A DNA stretch of 64,000 nucleotides, taken from NCBI GenBank assembly GCA_964399535.1, contig CAYNRE010000070.1, forward strand, positions 402,252-466,251, read 5' to 3'. Positions 28,213 to 36,596 of this stretch are shown here, one piece after another. The translations under genes and the position numbers were made by a program. The stretch is from an uncultured Pirellulales bacterium. Its GTDB lineage: Bacteria > Planctomycetota > Planctomycetia > Pirellulales > CAYNRE01. The notes beneath the pieces were generated by a model, which was not told the origin of the DNA, did not search any database, and saw nothing but the letters and a program-made list of their open reading frames with translations. The first letter of the stretch is position 1, and each line of letters begins with the position of its first letter.

Positions 28213-30129
28213 TTAACCGGTTTGTGGTAAGAATATCAGGAATCGGGCTCCCCGGCCATCGCCGTTCTGGTAGCGAATGACGCCGCCCTGGGCGGCCACC
28301 AGCCGGCGGGTCAGCGCTAGCCCCAACCCCGTGCCGCGGGCCTTGGTGGAAACGAACGGCTCGAAGACCCGCTGCACTTCGGCCGGAGCGATGCCGGGCC
28401 CCTGGTCGGCCACGCTCAGCAGCCAGCCCGGGCGCCCTTGCTGCACGTCGGGGCGAATCTCGACCTCGACAGCCGCTTCGGGCGGCGACGCGTCGATGGC
28501 GTTCTCCAACAGGTTTCGCAACACCTGTTCCATCCCCAGCGGATCGCAACGGCATACGGCCTGGTCAGCACCCCGCAGTTCCAACCGCAGCCGGCGGGCT
28601 GGCCAGCGATCGGCCAGTTGCTGCCAGGCTTGCCGGGTCAACTCGGCCAAGTCGGTCTCGGCCAGGTGCACTTGAATCGGGGCCGCGTACTGGCGGGTTC
28701 GTTCATACAGCTGGTGCAAATGGTGCTGTGCCTGTTGAATTTCGCCCAGCAGGCTCAGTGCCTCGTCGTTGCCCGAGAGGCGCTTGGCCAATAGTTCCAG
28801 CCCGGCCTGGCTACGCTGCAGCGCATTGCGGCTTTCGTGGGCCAGCCCCGTCATCGCCTCGCCAATCGCGGCCAGCCGGGCCGACTGCACGATCTGCCGC
28901 TGGGCCGTGTGCAGGGCCTGGCGGGCCAGTTCGTGGCGCACCCGGGCGCGGGCCAGCAGCCATCCCCCCAGCGCAATCGGCGGGGTAAGCGTCAGGCAGA
29001 ACAGCGCCAACGCGGTGCGCAGGCCCGCCAGGCGGGCCGAGAGCCGCTCGCGCGAGACGTAGGAAATCAGCCTCCAACTTTCGCGCGAGCGAACCGCTGG
29101 CCCGCGCGGGCCGGCGGCCTCGCGAGGAATCGCCTCCAGGTCGAGCTCGTCGCCCGGGTCGATGGTCAGGTACGTGAACAGCCCCTCGGGGGTCAGTACC
29201 TGGCCGGCCGGCTCTTGCTCAATGGCTCGCCAAGCGCGAGGGTACGTGGCGTTCATCGTAAAGGCCTGGCGCCCCGCCAACTGAAAACCCCATTCCCATT
29301 CCGCTCGGGGTCCATGCAGCCAAAACCCTTCCGAGTTGGCCAACAGCAGCCGGCCCGCGGCGTACTGGCCCGCCTGCCGCAATTGGTTAATAAGCGCCGC
29401 CCCCAGGTAATTCAAAACCAAAATGCCCCGGGCTCGGCCCTGGTCGTCGACCACCTGAGTGGCAAAGCGAATCGTGGGCTTGAGGGGCCTTTCGATGCGT
29501 CCGTCTTCCACGTTCAGATCCAGGGGCGAGACGAAGATCTCCCCCGGTCGAAGCGCCATGGTTTCTTGAAAATAGTAGCGCTGGCCCTTGGTCTGCAGCG
29601 CCTCGTCGGGCACGATCACCGCCTGCCGCCGCTGCCGGTTTACCCGCACCAGCTCTTGGCCGTCGTCGCCCAGTAGCCGCACCTGGTCGTACACCCGGTG
29701 CGTCTCCGAGAACCGGACCAGCTCTTCAGCCAGCGAGCGGCGGTCGGAAGCCTGGCCGCCGCGCAGCAGTTGTCGCACCGCTTCGCAGCGGGCCAGGTAC
29801 AAAAGGTCGGCCGCCACGGCCCGAAACTCGCCCCGCAGAATCTCGCGCTCCAGGCTCAGTTGCTCGCGCTCCGTCGCCTCGACGATCCGCCGATCGCCTC
29901 GGCCCGAGATCCAGGCCACCGAAGCCGCGGCCAGGCCAAGCAGCGCCAGCGTCGGCAGCACGAGCTGGGCGAACCGAGGCAGCACCTGTCGCCAGGTAAG
30001 CGGCTGGCTCCCCTCCGGCGCAGGCGCGGACAAGGGCACGGCGCTAAGCGCGGGCTGAAGGTCGATGGTGGAAGTGTCCTGGGTCATGCTCGGGCCAATG
30101 CCCATCCGGCTCTGGTCGACGTGCCCCAC
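28213..30129 (-). CDS. sensor histidine kinase with large periplasmic sensor domain
   Basis: Two TM segments flank a ~300-aa extracytoplasmic region. HisKA MTGLAHESRNALQ and HATPase DQGPGIAPAEVQRVFEPF...GTGLGL are present. Stop is 5 bp from the ANTAR RR start. Confidence 0.8.
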   Translation of the reverse strand: MGHVDQSRMGIGPSMTQDTSTIDLQPALSAVPLSAPAPEGSQPLTWRQVLPRFAQLVLPTLALLGLAAASVAWISGRGDRRIVEATEREQLSLEREILRGEFRAVAADLLYLARCEAVRQLLRGGQASDRRSLAEELVRFSETHRVYDQVRLLGDDGQELVRVNRQRRQAVIVPDEALQTKGQRYYFQETMALRPGEIFVSPLDLNVEDGRIERPLKPTIRFATQVVDDQGRARGILVLNYLGAALINQLRQAGQYAAGRLLLANSEGFWLHGPRAEWEWGFQLAGRQAFTMNATYPRAWRAIEQEPAGQVLTPEGLFTYLTIDPGDELDLEAIPREAAGPRGPAVRSRESWRLISYVSRERLSARLAGLRTALALFCLTLTPPIALGGWLLARARVRHELARQALHTAQRQIVQSARLAAIGEAMTGLAHESRNALQRSQAGLELLAKRLSGNDEALSLLGEIQQAQHHLHQLYERTRQYAAPIQVHLAETDLAELTRQAWQQLADRWPARRLRLELRGADQAVCRCDPLGMEQVLRNLLENAIDASPPEAAVEVEIRPDVQQGRPGWLLSVADQGPGIAPAEVQRVFEPFVSTKARGTGLGLALTRRLVAAQGGVIRYQNGDGRGARFLIFLPQTG

Positions 30130-30502
30130 CAGGCGGGTGGCGCACGCCGATTCAGTATGACCGGCCCCGCACGGGAGGGGAAACCGCTCGCCCGGCGAGG
30201 GGCGAGCCCGCCCCCCGCCCGACGGCGGCGCGGCGGCGATCGGCCCCTACGGGCGGCGCAATCCCTACAAACTCCGCTGCTGCGTGCGGTTTGACGACCG
30301 GCCCCCGGGCGGCGAACCAAAGTTCGAACCCCGAGAGCGACCAACTCTCCGGCCGGACCGCACTTTCCACGGCATTAAGACCTAGAGTTGACAGCCCTCA
30401 CCCAGCGGCGCGAGATTGAACGCGCCGCCGGAGAAACAACGAGTTGCGGGCGGACCAAGACTCGCCAGTGCGCCGGCGCAATTGGCCTACGGGGTGCCCA
30501 TC

Positions 30503-31141
30503 ATGACCACCATGTTCGCCTTGTGTTCGGTGATCGGCGGTACGGTGCTCTTGTTTCAGTTGGTGCTGTCGCTGGTTGGTTTGAGCCACGATTTGGAATC
30601 GGGCGATTCGCTCGGGCACCTGGATCACGACCTGGGCCACGACCCGGGGCACGGCGACACCGGGCCAAGCGACGCCGGGCCAGGCGACGCGCACCATGAA
30701 CCCGGTTCGCACGCGGTCGAACACAGCTCGAACTGGTTCTTCAGCGTGGTCAGCTTTCGCTCGGTGGTGGCGGCGACCACGTTTTTCGGGCTGGGGGGCC
30801 TGGCCGCGCTTTCCGCGAAGCTGCCCGGCGAAGCGGCCCTGCTCGTCGCCCTGGGCAGCGGCCTGGCTGCCATGTACGGGGTCTACTGGCTGATGCTCAA
30901 CCTGGCCCGGCTGCGCGCCGACGGCACCGCCCGGGTGGAACGCGCCTTGGGCCAGCGAGGCACGGTTTACCAGCGCGTGCCCGGGCGCCGCGCGGGTAAG
31001 GGCAAGGTGCAACTCAATTTGCAAAACCGCACGGTGGAATACCTGGCGGTAACCGATCAAGACGAATTACCCACGGGCTCGCCGATCGTCGTCACGTCGC
31101 TCGTTTCGTCCGACGTGGTCGAGGTTGAGCGGGCCACTTGA
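30503..31141 (+). CDS. NfeD-like membrane protein with C-terminal OB-fold (flotillin-associated)
   Basis: TM helices, a His/Asp/Gly-rich loop and a C-terminal beta-rich domain GKGKVQLNLQNRTVEYLAVTDQDELPTGSPIVVTSLVSSDVVEVE. It lies directly upstream of the flotillin gene. Confidence 0.6.
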   Translation: MTTMFALCSVIGGTVLLFQLVLSLVGLSHDLESGDSLGHLDHDLGHDPGHGDTGPSDAGPGDAHHEPGSHAVEHSSNWFFSVVSFRSVVAATTFFGLGGLAALSAKLPGEAALLVALGSGLAAMYGVYWLMLNLARLRADGTARVERALGQRGTVYQRVPGRRAGKGKVQLNLQNRTVEYLAVTDQDELPTGSPIVVTSLVSSDVVEVERAT

Positions 31142-31211
31142 ACCCTTACGGCGCCGCGAACCTCGCTGTGCGCCCGAACACTTCGACAACCTGCAACGCT
31201 TGGGGGCAACC

Positions 31212-32789
31212 ATGGCCGATTCGTTTCCCACTGAAACCCTGCTGATTTTGGGCGTGGCGGCCTTTTTCGTGGTCGTCATCCTCTTTTCCCTCCTGGTGCT
31301 GCTCAATCAGCGCTACAAGCGCTGTCCGAGCAACCGGGTGCTGGTGATCTACGGCAAGGTGGGCCGCGGCGACTCGGCCCGCTGCGTGCACGGCGGGGCC
31401 TCGTTCGTGTGGCCGTTGATTCAGGATTACGCCTATCTGAGCCTGGAGCCGATGCAGATCGAGGTGCCGCTGCGAGGCGCGCTGTCGATGGAAAACATCC
31501 GCGTCAACGTGCCCAGCGTGTTCACCGTGGCCGTCGGCACCACGCCCGAGGTCATGCAAAACGCGGCGATTCGCCTGTTGGGGCTCGATTTCGAACAGAT
31601 CAAGCAGCAGGCTTCGGACATTATCTTCGGCCAATTGCGTCAGGTGATCGCCTCGATGCGAATCGAGGAAATCAACCGCGACCGCGAGGCCTTCCTGCAA
31701 AACATTACCCAGAGCCTCGAGCCCGAGCTGAAGAAAATCGGCCTGGTGCTCATCAACGTCAACATCACCGACATTACCGACGAGTCGGGCTACATCGAGG
31801 CCATCGGCCAGAAGGCCGCCTCGCAGGCCATTCAACAGGCCCGCGGCGACGTGGCCGAGCAAGAGAAGTTGGGCGAAACCCGCGTGGCCGAGGCCGACCG
31901 CGACAAGACCATTCAAGTGGCCAACGCTACCAAGCTGCGCGAGATCGGCACCCGCGAGGCGGTGCGCGAACAGGCCGTGCGGCTGGCCGAGTTGGCCAAA
32001 GAGCAGGCCATTGGCGAACAGGTATCCGCCTTCGAGCGCGATGCCCAGGTGAAAGACGCCGAGCGGCAAATGCGCGTCCGCCTGGCCGAGGCCAATGCCC
32101 AGGCCGTGGTGGGCGAAAATGCCTCGCAGGCCATGATCGCTTCGAGCCAGGCCGAGCTGCAGGTGAAAAAGTCGGAAGCCTACCAGCTTGCCGAAACCAA
32201 GAAGCGCGAGGCCGAGGCCGCCGTGCTCGAAGCCCAAAACGTGGCCATGACCCGGGCCGCCCTGGCCGAGGCGGGCCGCGTCGAGGCCGAACGCCGTGCC
32301 GCCTTGGAAGCCCCCGCCAAGGCCGAAAAGGCCAAGGCCATTGTCGAGGCTGAAGCCGACGCCGAGCGCCTACGGATTCAGGCCATCGGCGAGGCCGGAG
32401 CCATTTACGCCAAGCTCGAAGCCGAGGCCAAAGGCCAGTACGAAATCCTGGCCAAGAAGGGGGATGGCTTGCAGCGCATTATTCAAGCCTGCGGCGGCGC
32501 CCAGCCGGCCTTCCAACTGCTGATGCTCGAACACCTGGACAACCTGGCCGCGGCCAGTGCCCAGGCCATTTCCAACGTGAAATTCGACAAGGTCGTGGTC
32601 TGGGACGGAGGCGGCTCCAACGGCAGTTCGGCCACGGCCAGCTTCCTGCAGGGAATTGCCCGCAGCCTGCCCCCCATGATGCAGGTGATGAAAGACGTGG
32701 GCGGCGTGGAACTGCCCGAAACGCTCTTCAAACTTCGCGAAGACGCGGCGGCCAGCCAAGGCGATTCGGGCAGCAAATCGACCGGCTAG
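31212..32789 (+). CDS. flotillin-like SPFH/Band-7 protein (FloT/YqiK-like)
   Basis: N-terminal TM LLILGVAAFFVVVILFSLLVLL. The SPFH domain is followed by a long Ala/Glu-rich coiled coil (EAQRQ.../AEAEAK...), the classic flotillin architecture. Confidence 0.8.
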   Translation: MADSFPTETLLILGVAAFFVVVILFSLLVLLNQRYKRCPSNRVLVIYGKVGRGDSARCVHGGASFVWPLIQDYAYLSLEPMQIEVPLRGALSMENIRVNVPSVFTVAVGTTPEVMQNAAIRLLGLDFEQIKQQASDIIFGQLRQVIASMRIEEINRDREAFLQNITQSLEPELKKIGLVLINVNITDITDESGYIEAIGQKAASQAIQQARGDVAEQEKLGETRVAEADRDKTIQVANATKLREIGTREAVREQAVRLAELAKEQAIGEQVSAFERDAQVKDAERQMRVRLAEANAQAVVGENASQAMIASSQAELQVKKSEAYQLAETKKREAEAAVLEAQNVAMTRAALAEAGRVEAERRAALEAPAKAEKAKAIVEAEADAERLRIQAIGEAGAIYAKLEAEAKGQYEILAKKGDGLQRIIQACGGAQPAFQLLMLEHLDNLAAASAQAISNVKFDKVVVWDGGGSNGSSATASFLQGIARSLPPMMQVMKDVGGVELPETLFKLREDAAASQGDSGSKSTG

Positions 32790-32856
32790 TGCTGTGTCAC
32801 ACGTAGAACTACGGGTGACACAGCACGACCGCCGAACACGTAAGTGGTTCGGCGGC
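32789..32856. terminator. tandem hairpins after flotillin stop (12-bp IR GTGCTGTGTCAC/GTGACACAGCAC; 9-bp IR CCGCCGAAC/GTTCGGCGG)
   Basis: Perfect inverted repeats sit in the convergent intergenic region between flotillin (+) and the H1-like gene (-). No U-tract, as expected for a high-GC organism. Confidence 0.5.
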
Positions 32857-33059
32857 AAGCAAATACCTAGTGCTCCGTGATACGCCCGGACCCGAAATCC
32901 AAGTTGTGACAGAGCACTAGTGCCCTTGTCGGCACGGGAGGAGGCGGCCAGGCTCGCCTTCCTCCCGCAACCATTGCGCCGATCCCCGACTCGGTCGTTT
33001 CGGCCGACGCGGGTGGCCCGTCGATCACGGCGCCGTATCGTTAAACCAGCTGGCTCGCG

Positions 33060-33836
33060 TTACGCGTTGCGAGCATCGCGCTTGCCCTGGGCTCGCCGGC
33101 CGCGCGACGACACGTGGCCGCGCATCCGCGTGGTCAGCCCGCTTCGCGTGATGCGCGACTTCTTCGCCGCCGCGTTTGCCGTTACTTCTCGGGCAGGACT
33201 TAGCAGCGGTTGGGCCCGCCCAACTACCACCGGTTTCCCCAATCGCTTCTTCGGTTTGGCCGGCGCGACGGGCACCGTGGGGGCATCGGGGCCGACGACC
33301 AGCGACACCGCCGGGGCGGCATTTGCCGAGGATGCGGCTGCCTTAGCCGTGCCCCTGGGAGCGGCGCTTGTGGGCTTCGGCTTGGCCGCGGCGCTGGCCT
33401 TGCGGGTCGTGGCCCGCTTGGCGTTGAGCATTGTTTCTTTCTCGGCCAACTGGCCGCGAACGGCCGCCCGAGTCGCCCGGTGTTTGGCCGAGCGAACTTT
33501 CTTCGGCGTGCTACTGGCGGCCTGGGAGGGGGCCGACTTGCCCTTGCGCTCCAGGTGAGCAACACGCGCCTCGAATCGCTGGAGCGCTTCCTGAAAGATC
33601 TCGACTTTCTTGGTCGTCCGGTTGTCGACTTCCCCCACGCCCGCCCGACGGCTGCGCGTTCGCGCTTGGCTGCGGTCCAGATCCTGCCACTTGTCAAACT
33701 GCTTGCGGGCAAGCCGGGCCGACTTGGTTGCCTCGGCCAGCGTCAACTTCTCGAGCCGCGGTTTGCGGCTGTCGCGGACCAACTCCAATTCGCTTGCAGT
33801 ACAAACGGCCTTCACTTCCGACAACGCGATCGTCAT
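33060..33836 (-). CDS. histone H1-like Lys/Ala/Pro-rich DNA-binding protein (hypothetical)
   Basis: A ~100-aa structured N-region is followed by a basic low-complexity tail (AKPKPTSAAPRGTAKAAASS, PAKPKKRLGKP). It resembles Hc1/BpH1-type bacterial H1-like proteins. Confidence 0.45.
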   Translation of the reverse strand: MTIALSEVKAVCTASELELVRDSRKPRLEKLTLAEATKSARLARKQFDKWQDLDRSQARTRSRRAGVGEVDNRTTKKVEIFQEALQRFEARVAHLERKGKSAPSQAASSTPKKVRSAKHRATRAAVRGQLAEKETMLNAKRATTRKASAAAKPKPTSAAPRGTAKAAASSANAAPAVSLVVGPDAPTVPVAPAKPKKRLGKPVVVGRAQPLLSPAREVTANAAAKKSRITRSGLTTRMRGHVSSRGRRAQGKRDARNA

Positions 33837-34117
33837 AGTGCCAGACTCCAGAGGTTCGCAGAGGCTGCTTTATTGTGTCCGTCGAGGGCGCCTCGCCAAG
33901 CGATCGGCCGATTCGCCCGACCGGCGGCCAGCGGCTGGTAGTTTATCATCCGCGAGCTGCCCCATGGGCCCGAAAATGAGGGAAAGCGGTGCCTGGTTGA
34001 CAGCTATAGGAAGTCCCTTGTCAAGGCAGACCTCGAGCGGTGGCCCGATTCTTCTTCTTGCAAGGGGGGGTGACCTGTTTCACCCGCTCTGAGACATTTT
34101 CGGCTTGCCGCTAGCAA

Positions 34118-34219
34118 CGACGTCAACAACGCCGAAGGGGAGGATGATCGGCACGCCGGCAAGCTGACTCACTCCCTCTTCGACCGCCGTATCGGCCAAT
34201 TCGGTGAGCACAACCGGGG
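34118..34219. repeat. ~102-bp direct repeat, copy 2 (near-identical to 35043-35144)
   Basis: acgacgtcaacaacgccgaagggga[g/c]gatgatcggcacgccggcaagctgactcactccctcttcgaccgccgtatcggccaattcggtgagcacaaccgggg is present twice with 1 mismatch. On the minus strand it encodes PVVLTELADTAVEEGVSQLAGVPI(M/I)LPFGVVDVV. Confidence 0.85.
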
Positions 34220-34320
34220 TTGCCGCCGCGGCCGCTACCGGGGGGGCGCTTCGACCTGTGTCGGTGATCCGAACAGAGCACTGCTGGACAAGCCAGCAGT
34301 GGCAGCCGACGAGACTTCGC

Positions 34321-34680
34321 TTATTCACGAATGGGAAACTTGTCGCAGCCTTCTGTATTCCACCAATTCTGTACTGCATGTCGTCCACTTGGTTCGAGGT
34401 GAAACCACAGCGCGTCAAACGAGAATCGTGGAACCTGTTCCGCGGCTATTGGGCTAACATCACCAGAAGGCGGTTGCTCCGCGCATGGTGTTACCAGTCC
34501 AAGAGCCATTAACTGTTCAAGCGCGTTGATAATTTCTGACGACGTGAACGCACTTCCACGGGCCGCTCGCCAACTGGAATCGTGCTCGTTATTAAGCATC
34601 CGAATAATTGAGTCGACGTTTTCAATTTCGTCATCCTGCATGACGTCGGCCACACACATCCGCACTTCTTCTGGTGTCAT
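34321..34680 (-). CDS. small acidic protein, candidate immunity protein
   Basis: 119 aa, acidic, no signal peptide. It sits 2 bp downstream of the toxin-like gene inside the low-GC cassette. Confidence 0.4.
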   Translation of the reverse strand: MTPEEVRMCVADVMQDDEIENVDSIIRMLNNEHDSSWRAARGSAFTSSEIINALEQLMALGLVTPCAEQPPSGDVSPIAAEQVPRFSFDALWFHLEPSGRHAVQNWWNTEGCDKFPIRE

Positions 34681-34682
34681 TG

Positions 34683-35651
34683 TCAGTCCACCTCGCCAAT
34701 TCGTGGCTTATACGTTGGTCGAAAATGATCGTCCAGGATTCTGCCAGCAGCGTCAGTAACGCGGTGTCGGACGATTGATTCGCCCGTCTGCGGATTGCGG
34801 TAGATGATTTGTTCGCTTACGCCGCCTCGCGCCCTCATTGACGTTGCCGGTTCAGCATGAATCGATTGCGGCACCCAGTCGCTCGGCTTCTTAGTGATGT
34901 CAGCGAGCTTGTCGGTGAACGTGCGACCAGCATTCCTACTTGCCGCTCCCGCCGCGTCGCCCGATCGCCCCCCCTTCGAGGCGACCGATTCGGCGACTTC
35001 CTCCAGACCCTCCTGGGCGAGCTTCTTGACGCCTAGTTTGGCAGCGTCCTGGACGACGTCAACAACGCCGAAGGGGAGCATGATCGGCACGCCGGCAAGC
35101 TGACTCACTCCCTCTTCGACCGCCGTATCGGCCAATTCGGTGAGCACAACCGGGGCGGCTGCCGCGCCGGCAGCGCCGGCGGTCACGGCTCCCAGGCCGG
35201 CGGCAGTCAGCGCGGCCGCGCCGCCGAGCGCCGCCGCCGAAGTGCCCAGCGCCAGCTTCTGCGCCGTTTGCAGATCGGCGTCCATCTCTGAGGGATGGAT
35301 CAGAAAGTGCCAATAGTCGCCCAGGCTCGGCCAATCCCACGAGGCGTCGCTCGCCGTGCCCGGCCTCTCGGCCATCCGCTCGCGCAGCGCCAATTCGTGC
35401 AGCGCTTCCAGGCTGCGCGGGTCAGGCCGAGTGCTGAGCGGGTCGAAGCTACGTATGCGCTCTTCGGCTTCGGCCAAGAACGCTGCGTGTGCGGCGCGGC
35501 GAGCGGCCGCGGCGCGCTCGGCCTGCTGGACGCGGGCAGCGGAAAGCGCCGCAAGCTCGTCGAGCCGCCGAGCGATTTCGAGCAGCTTTTCGCGGCGTTC
35601 CCAGTTGTAAATCGGCTCGGCCAAGCGCACTGCCCCCGTGTGCGCGGCCAA
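34683..35651 (-). CDS. membrane-associated protein with Gly/Ala-zipper helix and variable C-terminal domain (candidate polymorphic toxin)
   Basis: Coiled-coil N-region, then LALGTSAAALGGAAALTAAGLGAVTAGAAGAAAA (glycine-zipper TM-like), then the repeat-encoded PVVLTELADTAVEEGVSQLAGVPIMLPFGVVDVV, then a low-GC C-terminal ~120 aa (...EQIIYRNPQTGESIVRHRVTDAAGRILDDHFRPTYKPRIGEVD). No family recognised. Confidence 0.45.
   Translation of the reverse strand: MAAHTGAVRLAEPIYNWERREKLLEIARRLDELAALSAARVQQAERAAAARRAAHAAFLAEAEERIRSFDPLSTRPDPRSLEALHELALRERMAERPGTASDASWDWPSLGDYWHFLIHPSEMDADLQTAQKLALGTSAAALGGAAALTAAGLGAVTAGAAGAAAAPVVLTELADTAVEEGVSQLAGVPIMLPFGVVDVVQDAAKLGVKKLAQEGLEEVAESVASKGGRSGDAAGAASRNAGRTFTDKLADITKKPSDWVPQSIHAEPATSMRARGGVSEQIIYRNPQTGESIVRHRVTDAAGRILDDHFRPTYKPRIGEVD
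35043..35144. repeat. ~102-bp direct repeat, copy 1 (within toxin-like CDS)
   Basis: Same sequence as 34118-34219. Sequence between the copies (about 34220-35042) is ~50% GC versus ~67% flanking. Confidence 0.85.
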
Positions 35652-35902
35652 ATCGAATTACCGATCGGCCCCGAATCGGGCTGGCCCGCCACGCACGGCC
35701 AACGCTACGAGGAGCCGTGGCCGGAATTCAAGCCGCGACGCGGCCTGCGGATGAATTGGGCCGAGTGGCCCCAGCGCGCAAGGTGCGTCGGGGGCTTTCC
35801 CCGCTCTGGCACCCTACGATCCGCTCCGCCAGGCACGCCACAGGCCAAGTAAATTGAAGAACTCAAACCATTACCAAATAACCAGTTGCGGAATACCCCT
35901 TG

Positions 35903-35957
35903 CCACAAACCGACCAGTCGGTATAGTTGAACCGACCAGCCAGTCGGTTTTACTCCC
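35903..35957. promoter_or_regulatory. two palindromic candidate TetR operators upstream of tetR-devBCA operon
   Basis: ACCGACCAGTCGGT is a perfect 14-bp palindrome. AACCGAC-CAGCCA-GTCGGTT is a 7-bp IR with a 6-bp spacer. Both lie 20-70 bp upstream of the TetR GTG start. Confidence 0.55.
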
Positions 35958-35975
35958 GCCAAGGGGGAGGTCGTC

Positions 35976-36596
35976 GTGTCTCAAGATGCCCGGCAACGAA
36001 TCTTCGACGCCGCCTTTACCGTCGCTGCCCGCGACGGACTGCTCTCGATGACCCTCGACAACGTGGCCAAAGAGGCGGGCATCAGCAAGGGTGGACTCAC
36101 CTACCACTTTCCCTCGAAGGATGTGCTGATTCGCCAAATGCTCGAAGCATTCGGCGACCGGGTGGTTCAACAACTTTCGGTCCGCGTGGCTGCCGACCCC
36201 CAGCCCCGCATGCGCTGGGTTCGCAACCTGTTGGCCTGTGCCCTGGCCGACCCCATCGAGGGCAACCAGGCGCTGGAGCCCATCGACGCCGAGATGACCG
36301 AACGGTTCATGCTCACCGCCCTGGCGGCCGCCATCTATTCGCCCGGGCTGTTCGAGCCGCTGCTGCGGATGGGGCTCGAACTGAAGCAACAGGTGCTCGC
36401 CGAACAGGAAGGGGGCATGGACCAACTCCTGCTTTGGCTGGCGGTCGATGGCCTGTTCCTGTGGCGGTTTATCGGCATGATTCGCCGCGACGACCCGCTC
36501 TTTGATCAAATCGTGGCGGCCCTCAGGCGACAAGTTGCGCCGGACCCAGCCGAGGCGAGCGCCTCGACGGCCTGCGAGGAAGGTGCCGTGCGATGA
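35976..36596 (+). CDS. TetR/AcrR-family transcriptional regulator
   Basis: GTG start. RIFDAAFTVAARDGLLSMTLDNVAKEAGISKGGLTYHFPSKDVL is the TetR HTH signature. The long ORF on the opposite strand (35871-36812) is a shadow. Confidence 0.8.
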   Translation: MSQDARQRIFDAAFTVAARDGLLSMTLDNVAKEAGISKGGLTYHFPSKDVLIRQMLEAFGDRVVQQLSVRVAADPQPRMRWVRNLLACALADPIEGNQALEPIDAEMTERFMLTALAAAIYSPGLFEPLLRMGLELKQQVLAEQEGGMDQLLLWLAVDGLFLWRFIGMIRRDDPLFDQIVAALRRQVAPDPAEASASTACEEGAVR

